Translations under genes and position numbers: made by a program
The notes under the pieces: generated by a model
Databases searched by the model: none
The model's input: only the letters and a program-made list of their open reading frames with translations
What the model was told of the DNA's origin: nothing
From: a virus
Lineage: Duplodnaviria > Caudoviricetes
Virus record (IMG/VR): IMGVR_UViG_3300036987_000137
Coordinates: 1-38,578 of that record
DNA: 38,578 nucleotides
Reading direction: 5' to 3' (one strand)
Shown: piece after piece, positions 16,791 to 26,020 of the stretch
How the letters are laid out: each line of letters begins with the position of its first letter
Numbering within the stretch: position 1 is the stretch's first letter

Positions 16791-17086
16791 GTATGAGCGA
16801 CGTCATTCGCGAACATGCGCGCCTGATTATGCTGCGCGATCTCGCCGAACAGCCGGACGGCCGCTGGAACAGCGAGGCGCTGCGCGAGGATTTGGAGGTC
16901 CGCTGGGCGATCAACCGGCCGCGCGCATTCGTCCACGACGAGCTGCGCTACCTGGAAATGGTGGGGGCTGTGACGCTCGCCGAATCCGGCAGCGTGCTGA
17001 TTGCCTCCATCACCCAGAAGGGCCTCGACCATGTCGAGCGCCGCATCCGCGTTGAAGGCGTGAAGCGGCCGAGCCCGGAGGCCTGA
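16787..17086 (+). CDS. Mu gp26-like winged-helix protein
   Basis: RLIMLRDL.EQPDG..N...L ... ASIT.KGLDHV......GVKRPS. Confidence 0.75.
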   Translation: MSMSDVIREHARLIMLRDLAEQPDGRWNSEALREDLEVRWAINRPRAFVHDELRYLEMVGAVTLAESGSVLIASITQKGLDHVERRIRVEGVKRPSPEA

Positions 17087-17087
17087 C

Positions 17088-17666
17088 ATGGCCTCCGCTC
17101 GCGGTCGGCTTTCTTCTCTCGATCTCGTTCCCGAAGAGGGACAGGAAGACATCCGCTGGGCCTTCTCGGAGCTGAACAAGCGCGAGCGGTCCCAAAAAGA
17201 AATCCTTGACGAACTGAACGGCCGCCTCGTCGACAAGGGGCTCGCTGATTACATCATCAGCAAGAGCGCTTTCAATCGCGCGAGCGTCGCCGCTCATCGC
17301 GCTAGCCAGCGCCTGCAGATGCAACGCGACATTTTTTCAGGCCTCGCGCCGCATCTGACTCCAGAGAAGATCGACGAAGGCAATATCGCGCTGGCCGAGT
17401 TCATCAAGGCGCTCATCGGCGAGATCATCAGCGAGGCCGAGGGCGCTGGACTGTCGGCCGACGAGGCGATGAAGCTCTCTCGCGGCTTCCTCGCCGTCGT
17501 CACCGCGCAGAAGCTCTCGCACGACCGGAAGACGAAGGCCGAAAAGGATCTGGCGACGAAGACCGAAAAGGCGGCCGACGCCGTCGCCGAGGTCGCGCGC
17601 GAAGCGGGTCTCTCGGCCGACCAGGTCGCGAAGATCCGTCGGGACGTGCTGGGCGTGCGCACATGA
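17088..17666 (+). CDS. Mu gp27-like (DUF3486) small terminase subunit
   Basis: GRLSSLDLVP..., ISKSAFNR, C-terminal GLSADQVAKIRRDVLG; precedes the large terminase. Confidence 0.85.
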   Translation: MASARGRLSSLDLVPEEGQEDIRWAFSELNKRERSQKEILDELNGRLVDKGLADYIISKSAFNRASVAAHRASQRLQMQRDIFSGLAPHLTPEKIDEGNIALAEFIKALIGEIISEAEGAGLSADEAMKLSRGFLAVVTAQKLSHDRKTKAEKDLATKTEKAADAVAEVAREAGLSADQVAKIRRDVLGVRT

Positions 17667-19288
17667 GTGATGGAACGGGCATGGCGCCCATTCTCCCTCG
17701 CGATCCGGCGAGCCTCCCGGAGGAACTCCCGCGCGGCGCGGAGATCCCTGAAGATCACGATCCGCTCGCTGCTGGCGTGCTGATGGCGCACCAGCTCGAC
17801 TGGATCGAAGACGAGAGCGACCTGAAGGCCGCCGAGAAGGGGCGTCGCACCGGCGTCACTTACGCCGAGGCGCTCGACGACACCCTGATCGCCGCGAAAA
17901 AGAAAAGCGAAGGCGGCCAGAACGTCTTCTACATCGGCGACACCAAGGACAAGGGTCGCGAATTCATCGGCTATGTGGCGCATTTCGCCAGGATCGTCGC
18001 CGGCGAGCTGGCGCGGATCGAAGACTTCATGTTCGAAGACGAGCGCGAGGACGGCTCTTCAAAATTCATTTCGGCCTATCGCATCCGCTTTTCCTCGGGC
18101 TGCCGCGTCGAAGCGCTGTCGTCGCGTCCCGAAAACATTCGCGGGCTGCAGGGCGTCGTCGTTATCGATGAGGCTGCCTTTCACAAGGACGTGCGCGCCG
18201 TGCTCGACGCGGTGAACGCCCTCCTGATCTGGGGAGGCAAGATCAGGGTCATCAGCACCCATAATGGCGTGCTCAATCCCTTCAACGAGCTGATCCGCGA
18301 AGCGAAGGCCGGAAAGACTCCGTTCAAGGTCCATTTTATCCCCTTCAAAAAGGCCGTCGAGAACGGCCTTTTCAGACGGGTCTGCCTCATCACGGGCAAG
18401 ACCTGGTCGGCCGAAGCTGAAGTCGAGTGGGAAGAAAAAATCCGCAGCTCCTATGGACCGCGCACGAGCGCCATGGAGCAGGAACTCGACGCCATTCCGT
18501 CGGAGGCGGAAGGCGCGGCGCTCACGCGCGTGCAGATCGAAGCCTGCATGGAGGGCGGGATTCCGATCGTGCGCTGGTCGTTGCCCGACGCCTTCAAGAA
18601 TTATCCCGAACATGTCCGTAAGGCCGAGTGCAAGGCGTTTTGCGAGCGCGAGCTGAAACCGCTCCTCGGCGCCCTCGATCCGCGCCGGCCGCATTATCTC
18701 GGCCAGGACTTCGCGCGCAAAGGCGACGCATCCGACATTCTCGTCGCTGCGACGGACGCCATGCTCACGCGGCGGACGCAATTCATCGTCGAGATGCGCA
18801 ATGTCCCCTTCGATCAGCAGCGCGACGTGCTCTACTATGTCGGCGACGGCCTGCCGCGCTTTTCCGGCGCGGCGCTCGACGCCACCGGCAATGGCGCCTA
18901 TCTCGCCGAAAAAGCCGTTCAGCGCTGGGGTGAGCGCGCGCTCGAAGTGAAATTCACGGTCGAATGGTATCGCGTGAACTCGCCGCCCTATATCGAGGCC
19001 TTCGCCGATCGCACGATGGTGTTGCCGCGCCATGAGGACGTGCTGCGCGACCATCAGTCGCTCGCCTATGTCAAGGGGATCATCAAGGTGCCCGACGACA
19101 TGCGTTACAAAGGCGCGGACGGCTTCGAGCGTCACGGCGACACGGCGATCGCCGGCGTGCTGATGTGGCACGCTTCAACGCTCGGTCCTGTCGAATATGG
19201 CTATACGCCGGCGCCGCGGGTCGGCAGCGAGCAGCCCGGCGATTGGCTGTTTCCTGAAAACCAAAGCGCGGAGCGATCGATATGGTAG
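17663..19288 (+). CDS. Terminase large subunit (Mu gp28-like)
   Basis: EKGRRTGVT, VVVIDEAAFH, ISTHNG..N.F, nuclease motifs GQDFAR and HGD. Confidence 0.95.
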   Translation: MSDGTGMAPILPRDPASLPEELPRGAEIPEDHDPLAAGVLMAHQLDWIEDESDLKAAEKGRRTGVTYAEALDDTLIAAKKKSEGGQNVFYIGDTKDKGREFIGYVAHFARIVAGELARIEDFMFEDEREDGSSKFISAYRIRFSSGCRVEALSSRPENIRGLQGVVVIDEAAFHKDVRAVLDAVNALLIWGGKIRVISTHNGVLNPFNELIREAKAGKTPFKVHFIPFKKAVENGLFRRVCLITGKTWSAEAEVEWEEKIRSSYGPRTSAMEQELDAIPSEAEGAALTRVQIEACMEGGIPIVRWSLPDAFKNYPEHVRKAECKAFCERELKPLLGALDPRRPHYLGQDFARKGDASDILVAATDAMLTRRTQFIVEMRNVPFDQQRDVLYYVGDGLPRFSGAALDATGNGAYLAEKAVQRWGERALEVKFTVEWYRVNSPPYIEAFADRTMVLPRHEDVLRDHQSLAYVKGIIKVPDDMRYKGADGFERHGDTAIAGVLMWHASTLGPVEYGYTPAPRVGSEQPGDWLFPENQSAERSIW

Positions 19289-20970
19289 AGACCCGCCGCT
19301 CGTCCATTATCGGGCCGGACGGCCAACCTATTATGGTTCCGCTGCTCAAAGGCGAGACGGCCGCGCCCGGGCGCTATGGCGCGCGCGCCCTCATCCATTA
19401 TTCGGAAGCCTCGGGACTAACGCCGGCGAGGCTCGGCGAAATCATGAAGGGCGCGAATATGGGCCTCGCAAAGCCCTATCTGACGCTCGCGATCGACATG
19501 GAGGAGCGCTACCTCCATTACGCCTCGCAGCTGCAGACGCGTCGCCTGGCGCTCGACGGCGTGACGATCTCCGTCTCGGCGCCCAAGGGCGTCAATCCGA
19601 AGGCTGTGGATTTCGTCGAGAGCCTGATCGCCGATCCGATGTTCCCCGACATGGTCGCTTCGCTCCAGGATGGCGTCGGCAAGGGCTATTCGGTCGTCGA
19701 GCCGATCTGGGAATATGAAGGAGGCGCGCTGCGGCCGGTCGTCTATCAGCATCGCGACCCGCGCTATTTCCGCTACGACGAAGTGGGCTTGCGCGATCTC
19801 TGCCTCCTCGAGGACACAGGACTGCCCGGCCCCAGGATCGAGGCGCCCTATTTCATCAAGCATGAGCCCTATCTGCGCGCCGGATCGCCGGTGCGGCGCG
19901 GCGTCGCGCGCTCGGCCGCCTGGGCTTTCGTCATGCAGACCTTCGCCCTGCAGGATTGGGCGGCCTTCTGCGAGATCTACGGCATTCCCTTCCGCATCGG
20001 CAAATTTCATTCGAGCGCGACCAACGAGGACAAGGCGACGCTGCTGCGCGCCGTTCGCGCCATCGCCAATGACGCCGCCGCCATCATTCCGCAGGGCATG
20101 GAGATCGACTTTCAGGAGACCAACGGCAATCGCGGCGAGGCCGTCTTCGGCAATTTCATCAGCTATCTCGACGGGAAAGTCTCTCTGATCATTCTCGGTC
20201 AGACGATGACCGCCGAAGTCTCCAAGAGCGGCGGCTCGCTGGCGCAGGCGAAGGTGCAGGAGAATGTCCGCATGGACATCGTGCGCTTCGACGCGCGGCA
20301 AAACGCGGCGACGGTGAATCGTGATCTGATCCGCCCGGCCGTCGCCATGAATTTCGGCCCGCAGGATATTTATCCGACGGTCCAGATGGAACTCGCCGAG
20401 AACGAGGACCTCGCAGCGCTCGGCGCGTTTCTCGGGCAAGCCGTGCCACTCGGCCTCAAAGTGAGCCAGAGCTATGTGCGCAAGCGCGCCTCCATTCCTG
20501 AACCGGACGAGGACGAGGAGCTGCTCGGCGCGCCTTCCGCGCAAGCCGACGCGGGCCAGGAGGAAGCTGAGAAGCGGCAATCGGCAGTCGGCGATCGGCA
20601 GTCGGAAAAGAGCGCCAAAAAGAAGGACGCTACAGGCCAGAAGGTCTCGGCCGAGCAGCTCGCGGCGCTCGGGGCGCGCTGTCCGAGCTGCGGCGAGGTT
20701 CACGGCGCCGCGCGCTTCGCCGCTGACGATCCAACTCAGGCGATCACGGCTCTCGACGACACTGACACGCTCGTCGACGAGGCGCTTACCGACTGGCGTG
20801 AGATCCGCGATCCGCTGCTCGCCGGTCTGCTCGCCGCTGTCGGCAGGGCCGAGAACTATGAAGAGGCGCTCGCCAATATCGAAAAGGCGGGAATCGACTC
20901 CGCGCCGCTCCAAGAGGCGCTGGCGCGCGCAACCGCCAAGTCGCGCGGCCTGGGCGACGTGAGGGATTGA
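19282..20970 (+). CDS. Portal protein (Mu gp29/DUF935)
   Basis: DMEER..HY.S.LQTR, W..FCEIYG.P.RIGK, ILGQTMT. Confidence 0.93.
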   Translation: MVETRRSSIIGPDGQPIMVPLLKGETAAPGRYGARALIHYSEASGLTPARLGEIMKGANMGLAKPYLTLAIDMEERYLHYASQLQTRRLALDGVTISVSAPKGVNPKAVDFVESLIADPMFPDMVASLQDGVGKGYSVVEPIWEYEGGALRPVVYQHRDPRYFRYDEVGLRDLCLLEDTGLPGPRIEAPYFIKHEPYLRAGSPVRRGVARSAAWAFVMQTFALQDWAAFCEIYGIPFRIGKFHSSATNEDKATLLRAVRAIANDAAAIIPQGMEIDFQETNGNRGEAVFGNFISYLDGKVSLIILGQTMTAEVSKSGGSLAQAKVQENVRMDIVRFDARQNAATVNRDLIRPAVAMNFGPQDIYPTVQMELAENEDLAALGAFLGQAVPLGLKVSQSYVRKRASIPEPDEDEELLGAPSAQADAGQEEAEKRQSAVGDRQSEKSAKKKDATGQKVSAEQLAALGARCPSCGEVHGAARFAADDPTQAITALDDTDTLVDEALTDWREIRDPLLAGLLAAVGRAENYEEALANIEKAGIDSAPLQEALARATAKSRGLGDVRD

Positions 20971-22181
20971 TGAAGCCGGCGACGCGCGGGTTCCAGACGC
21001 CGCCCGAAATCACCCGCTATTTCGAAGAGAAGAGCCTCAAGCCGGCGTTCTCCTGGCAGGATGTCTGGGGCCAGGAGCATGCCTATGCGTTCACCGTCGC
21101 GAAGGCGGTCGATCTCGAATTGCTGACGCTCTTCAAGACCAGCATTCAGCGCGCGATCGACAAGGGCGAGGGGTTCGAGAGCTGGCGCGGAAAGCTCATT
21201 CCAGAGCTGCAGGCGCTCGGCTGGTATGGCAAGCGCAAGGTCGACGATCCGACCGGCAAATGGAAGAGCAAGATCGTCGACTTCTCACGGCCGGCGCGGC
21301 TCGAAAATATTTTCTGGTCGAACGTGCGCACGGCCCGCGCCGCCGGCCAGTGGGAACGCATTCAGCGCACGAAGGCGGGTCTCCCCTATCTCCTTTATGT
21401 GAGGACTGCGAGCGCCAATCCGCGCGAGCAGCATCTCGCTTTCGTCGGAATCATGCTGCTGGTCGACGATCCCTTCTGGTCGACCCATTTCCCGCCCAAC
21501 GGCTGGGGCTGCAAATGCAGCGTCCGCCAAATCACCCGCTTTGAATACGAGCGGCTGGCGGCGACGGGAGACTATCTGTTAGAGCCGCTCACGATCGAGA
21601 CGAGGCCTTTCATCAACCGCCGCACTGGCGAGGTCACATATGTGCCCGTCGGCATCGATCCCGGCTGGGGAACCAATCCCGGATTGTCGTGCGCCAAGAC
21701 GCTCGTCGACAATGTCGCCGCGCGGCTGGAGGCCGCCGGCGAGGACGCAGCGCGCAAGCGCATCGCCGAGATCGTCAATTCGCCCGCGCCGAAACTCCTC
21801 ATGGGAATCGGAGAGCCATTAGCCTTGCCCGTTGCGACGGCTGGACGCTTTCTTGAGGACATGCGCGCGAAGTCGCGCCTCATTGTCGCGTTCAACGCCA
21901 CGATGTCTCGCAAGGTCAAAAAGCACGAGCATGTCGATCCTGACAGCTTCCGGCTCGTGCAGCAGATAGTCGACGGTGGCGAAATCATCGACGAGGATCG
22001 GGGAGAGGATTTTCGCACTCTCGTCGCTGAGATCGAGGGCGCGTGGTGGAAGCTCGTCCTCAAACGATCGGCGCAGCGCTTCTTGCGCGTGCAAACGTTC
22101 CTGCGAACCAACTCGCACGAAATTGGGCGGCTCCGCCGCAAACAGGAGCGGATTGGCAAAACGAAGGCGGGAGAAGCGTGA
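20970..22181 (+). CDS. MuF (gp30) minor head protein with C-terminal PBECR-like nuclease extension
   Basis: AFTVAK, RL..IF..N...A.AAGQW, R..H, DDPFW..HFPPNGWGCKC; extension with KKHEHV...WWKLVLKRS..RFLRVQTFLR. Confidence 0.85.
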   Translation: MKPATRGFQTPPEITRYFEEKSLKPAFSWQDVWGQEHAYAFTVAKAVDLELLTLFKTSIQRAIDKGEGFESWRGKLIPELQALGWYGKRKVDDPTGKWKSKIVDFSRPARLENIFWSNVRTARAAGQWERIQRTKAGLPYLLYVRTASANPREQHLAFVGIMLLVDDPFWSTHFPPNGWGCKCSVRQITRFEYERLAATGDYLLEPLTIETRPFINRRTGEVTYVPVGIDPGWGTNPGLSCAKTLVDNVAARLEAAGEDAARKRIAEIVNSPAPKLLMGIGEPLALPVATAGRFLEDMRAKSRLIVAFNATMSRKVKKHEHVDPDSFRLVQQIVDGGEIIDEDRGEDFRTLVAEIEGAWWKLVLKRSAQRFLRVQTFLRTNSHEIGRLRRKQERIGKTKAGEA

Positions 22182-22496
22182 CGGGGAGGACGACACCCCT
22201 CCGCGGCCTAGAGGCGGCCGGCTGCTCGGATTTTGCGCCGTCACGACCTCCGATATAGGCCGATCGCCGCGCTCCTTCAACGGCCCGAATGAGAACCCCC
22301 AGAAACGGCCCCCCGGCGCCCGAGTCCAAAAATCCGCTGCGTTGCTCCGCGCGGCTTCGAAAAACGCGCCCACGGCGTTCAATGGGCCTTTAACGCCGAT
22401 TTTAGGGGGAAGGGATTGGGCCCGGCGGGCCTCGGCGTTCTTTTCACGCCGCTGAGGGCAAAAATCGCTTCGCGGGTTCGGCGCGTCGCGTGACCA

Positions 22497-22539
22497 GAAA
22501 ATCTTCGTAGCCAAGCGGCCCGACGCGCAAGCGCAGTGT
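22497..22539 (+). promoter_or_regulatory. Late promoter 2 (head operon)
   Basis: GAAAATCTTCGTAGCCAA - 19 nt - CAGTGT, then ATG 6 nt later. Confidence 0.75.
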
Positions 22540-22545
22540 GCGCGC

Positions 22546-23499
22546 ATGCAGAACGCTCCGCAAGCCGATTTCGCAATCCACGCGCTCGCCGCCGCTCTTC
22601 CCACCGGGGAAGCGCCGCCGGAGTGGATCGCGATTTTTCCGCAGGTCGGCCGGATCGATACCCGCGATGGGAGAACCTACGATGTAGACGCTGCGGCGCT
22701 GATTGCGCGCTTCAAGGCGGATGGCGTCGCCGTGCCGATCGACGTCAATCATTCAACGCATCATGCGGCGAGGACCGGCGCGCGCGCCGACGCGGTCGGC
22801 TGGATCAATGAGCTGCGCGTCGAAGGCGGCGCGCTGCAGGGCAGAGTTGAATGGCTCGCCGAAGGCAAGTCGCTGCTCGCCGCCAAAGCCTATCGGTTCA
22901 TCTCGCCGGATTTCTTTCACACGTCTGAAGGCGTGACGACCTGGCTGCGCTCGGTGGCGCTCGTCACGGCGCCCGCCCTCGGCGGCCAGAAGGCGCTCGC
23001 CGCCGCATCTTCCCAGGAGTCAAAAATGGAAAAACTTGCCACCGCGCTCGGCGTGACCGCCGGCGCGAATGAAGCCGCGCTGCTTACCGCGCTCAACGCC
23101 GGCTTCGTGCCGAAGGCGGTCCATGACGAGGCTGTCTCCAAACTTTCCGCGTCCGAGACGAAGCTCAAGAACATCGAAGAGGCCAATTGCAAGGCGCGCG
23201 TCGACGCGCTGATCGAGGGCGCGTTGAAGGACAAGAAAATCCTCCCCGCCGAGAAGGATCATTACGTGCGGCTCTGCGCGACCGACTCCGGCTATGAGAG
23301 CGTCAAGGCGCTGCTCGCGGCGAAGTCTCCGGCGCTGACCAAGTCCGGGCTCGACGACAAGAAGGAGTCCGGCGACGGCGCGATGCCGGCGCCGGCGCTG
23401 CTCGCCGCCGAGGCGCAAAAGCTCGTCGCAGACGGTAAGGCGCTCAACATTTTCGACGCCGTCGCGGCGCTCGAAAAGAAATATTCCGCCGCCGCCTGA
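22546..23499 (+). CDS. Mu gpI-like prohead protease; probable in-frame scaffold (gpZ) from ATG 23026
   Basis: PEWI..FP.....RDGR, PID.NH, A.GWI..L, VEW..G......YRFISP.F, ALV..P. Internal AGGAG RBS at 23015-23019 precedes MEKLATALG. Confidence 0.9.
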   Translation: MQNAPQADFAIHALAAALPTGEAPPEWIAIFPQVGRIDTRDGRTYDVDAAALIARFKADGVAVPIDVNHSTHHAARTGARADAVGWINELRVEGGALQGRVEWLAEGKSLLAAKAYRFISPDFFHTSEGVTTWLRSVALVTAPALGGQKALAAASSQESKMEKLATALGVTAGANEAALLTALNAGFVPKAVHDEAVSKLSASETKLKNIEEANCKARVDALIEGALKDKKILPAEKDHYVRLCATDSGYESVKALLAAKSPALTKSGLDDKKESGDGAMPAPALLAAEAQKLVADGKALNIFDAVAALEKKYSAAA

Positions 23500-23529
23500 C
23501 GCGGCCCGCTCCATCTCGAAGAGGCGATC

Positions 23530-23910
23530 ATGAGCGCGAACTCAATCTCCCGCAGCTATGTGGCGGCCGGCGCGATCGGCGCGCGGCTGATCACGAAATA
23601 CACGAATAATCGCGGCGAGGTCGCGCAGGCGTCGGCGGCGACGGATCGTCTCGCCGGCGTCACCGAACTCGGCGCGGCGGCGGCTAAAGACATGATCGAC
23701 GTCGCGCGCGAGGGCATGGACAAGGTCACAGTCGGCGGGAACGTCGCCGCCGGCGACTACCTGACAAGCGACGCCAACGGCAAGGCCGTGAAGGCGGTCG
23801 GCATCGCCGGCCAGACGGTTTTCGTCATCGGCCAGGCCGAGGAGCCGGGCGTCGCCAACGACATCATTCATTACACGATCGCGCCGTCCGTCATCGTGCT
23901 GCCGGCGTAA
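23530..23910 (+). CDS. Capsid cement/decoration protein (DUF2190-like)
   Basis: GGNVAAGDYLTSDANGKAV; lies between protease and capsid genes. Confidence 0.75.
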   Translation: MSANSISRSYVAAGAIGARLITKYTNNRGEVAQASAATDRLAGVTELGAAAAKDMIDVAREGMDKVTVGGNVAAGDYLTSDANGKAVKAVGIAGQTVFVIGQAEEPGVANDIIHYTIAPSVIVLPA

Positions 23911-23933
23911 TCCCTTAACCGATCGAGGTCTCC

Positions 23934-24896
23934 ATGTCCGTCGCCCGCCCCTTCGTCCGCAACGCCGCGATGACCGCCATCGCGATTGGCTACAGCAATC
24001 CCGATGTCGCCTATATCGGCGACCGCCTCATGCCGCGGGTGCCGGTGCCGACCGAGCGGTTCAAATGGCTGGAATATCCGCTCGGCCAGGCGTTCACCGT
24101 TCCCGACACCAAGGTCGGCCGCAAGGGCAAGGTGAAGGAAGTCGAATTTTCGGCGACGGAGAAGGACGGATCGGTCGAGGCCTATGGTCTGCAGATCGTC
24201 GTGCCGCGCTCCGACATCGACGCCGCCAAGGCGCAGCGCGACCAAGGCCTCTCGAACTTTGATCCGCTGCACTATGCGACGGGGACGCTGACCAACATCA
24301 TGCAGCTCGACCGCGAGCTGCGCGTCGCCAAATTCGCGCAGGACCCCGCGAATTACGATCCGGCCAACGTCACCACGATCGCCAGCGCCGGAGATCGTTT
24401 CGACGACCCGGACTCCGATCCCGAGGATGCGATTCACACGGCGCTCGTCGGCGTGTTCATGACGCGGCCCAACACCTGCGCGATGAGCGACGAGGTCTGG
24501 CAAAAGCTGCGCCGCCAGCCGAAGTTGGTCAAAAAGATCAAGGGGACGAACTTTGCCGAGGGTCAACTCACCCAGCGCGAATTCGCCGAATATTTCGAGC
24601 TGCTCAATCTCCTGATCGGCACGAGCTGGGTCAACGCCGCGCGTCCCGGACAGGCGCTCAACATGAAGCGCGCCTGGGACAAGCACATCGCCTTCGCTTT
24701 CATCGACCGTTCGGCGCGGCCGGAGGGCGGCGTGACCTGGGGCTTCTCGCCGACATTCGGCACGCGCTTCGCCGGCAGCATGGTCGACCCGGACGTCGGC
24801 CTCGAAGGCGGCGAGGTCGTGCGCGTCGGCGAGCACATCAACGAGCTTGTCGTCGCCAAGGCCGCCGGCGCGCTCATCGTCAACGCAATCAGCTGA
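23934..24896 (+). CDS. Major capsid protein
   Basis: 320 aa, TAIAIGYSNP..YIGD..MPRVPV; gene position and strongly biased codon use. Confidence 0.85.
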   Translation: MSVARPFVRNAAMTAIAIGYSNPDVAYIGDRLMPRVPVPTERFKWLEYPLGQAFTVPDTKVGRKGKVKEVEFSATEKDGSVEAYGLQIVVPRSDIDAAKAQRDQGLSNFDPLHYATGTLTNIMQLDRELRVAKFAQDPANYDPANVTTIASAGDRFDDPDSDPEDAIHTALVGVFMTRPNTCAMSDEVWQKLRRQPKLVKKIKGTNFAEGQLTQREFAEYFELLNLLIGTSWVNAARPGQALNMKRAWDKHIAFAFIDRSARPEGGVTWGFSPTFGTRFAGSMVDPDVGLEGGEVVRVGEHINELVVAKAAGALIVNAIS

Positions 24897-24904
24897 GGCG
24901 CCTG

Positions 24905-25147
24905 ATGACCGCGAACAACGAACAGGACGCCGCCAAAGAAGCCGCCGCCAAAGAAGCCGCGGCCAAGAAGGCCGCCGCCAAGAAGGCCGCCGAAGAGGCG
25001 GCGGCGAATAAGAAGCAGACCTTCGTCGCGACATTCAGGTTGTTGCTCGACGGCTCTTATGCCGGGCCCGGCGCGACGGTGACGCTGACGCGAGAGCAGT
25101 TCGAAACGCTCAAACCGCTCGGCGCGATCGAGGGCGATTGGGACTGA
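24905..25147 (+). CDS. Small head-associated protein with AAK(E/K) repeats
   Basis: DAAKEAAAKEAAAKKAAAKKAAEE encoded by degenerate 15-nt repeats; directly follows the capsid gene. Confidence 0.7.
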   Translation: MTANNEQDAAKEAAAKEAAAKKAAAKKAAEEAAANKKQTFVATFRLLLDGSYAGPGATVTLTREQFETLKPLGAIEGDWD

Positions 25148-25157
25148 AGACAAGTTT

Positions 25158-25234
25158 TGCGGGGTAGAGCAGCCCGGTAGCTCGCTTGGCTCATAACCAA
25201 GAGGTCGCCAGTTCGAATCTGGCCTCCGCAACCA
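25158..25234 (+). tRNA. Phage-encoded tRNA-Met(CAT), initiator-like
   Basis: TGCGGGG/CTCCGCA acceptor stem, GAGC/GCTC D-stem, CTTGG-CTCATAA-CCAAG anticodon arm, GCCAG-TTCGAAT-CTGGC T-arm, encoded ACCA end. Confidence 0.93.
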
Positions 25235-25319
25235 AAATGCCGACGACCAAAAAAAGCCACGGCGGGGCGCGGCGTCCAAACCCGCGCCCCCGCGAACGAC
25301 AGCACGCAAAGGCAGGCGC

Positions 25320-25553
25320 ATGACCCCGACCGTCGGACGCATCGTTCACTACTTTATTGAGGACGCCCACAAGCAGACGGCCGGCATGGGTCAAGGCCCC
25401 TATGCCGCGATCATCACCCGCGTCCATAGCAACGTGATCGTCGATCTGATGGTGTTGCAGCCGGCCGACGTTCGCCACGCCGGCAGTGTGATCAAGCTCG
25501 AGGAAGCATCCGAAGATTCGGGGAGCTACTGGACCTGGCCGCCGAGGGCGTGA
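25320..25553 (+). CDS. Small conserved phage protein
   Basis: MTPTVGRIVHY...PYAAIITRV...W.WPPR, a recurrent small phage-protein pattern. Confidence 0.75.
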   Translation: MTPTVGRIVHYFIEDAHKQTAGMGQGPYAAIITRVHSNVIVDLMVLQPADVRHAGSVIKLEEASEDSGSYWTWPPRA

Positions 25554-26020
25554 TGGCTGAACCCTTCGCCACAAAGGATGACGTCCAGGCGCGCTATCCA
25601 AGCGACGCAGCGCTGCTTTGCGCAGATGAGACGACGCGCGAGCCGGACTGGGCGCGCTTCGACGCGGCGCTCGCCGACGTCTCGATGGAAATCCGCATCA
25701 TCCTGCAGGCCCGTTATACGAGGGCGCAGCTTAATGATCTCGACGCCGAGTCGCTTGGCGCATTGAAGCTTTTCGCCATTGACATGGCGATGTATCGCGT
25801 CGCCGTAACGTTTGCGCGCTCCACCGAAGAGATCAAGACGCGCTACGACATCGCGGTCACGCGGTTAGAGGGCGTCGCTTCCGGCAAGAAGGGCTCGCTC
25901 ACGTTCAACTCCTCGGGCAGCGGATCGGTCGACGGCGCGCCGACGACGGGCTCGCCTGGCGAAGCGATCGTCGTCGCTCCCGAGCGCCAGTTCTCGCGTG
26001 CCTCCATGAGGAACTGGTGA
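25553..26020 (+). CDS. Mu gp36-like (DUF1320) head-tail connector
   Basis: FAT..D...RY, AL.D.S.EI...L..RY, D.A.YR, RY..A...L..VA.GK. Confidence 0.8.
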   Translation: MAEPFATKDDVQARYPSDAALLCADETTREPDWARFDAALADVSMEIRIILQARYTRAQLNDLDAESLGALKLFAIDMAMYRVAVTFARSTEEIKTRYDIAVTRLEGVASGKKGSLTFNSSGSGSVDGAPTTGSPGEAIVVAPERQFSRASMRNW

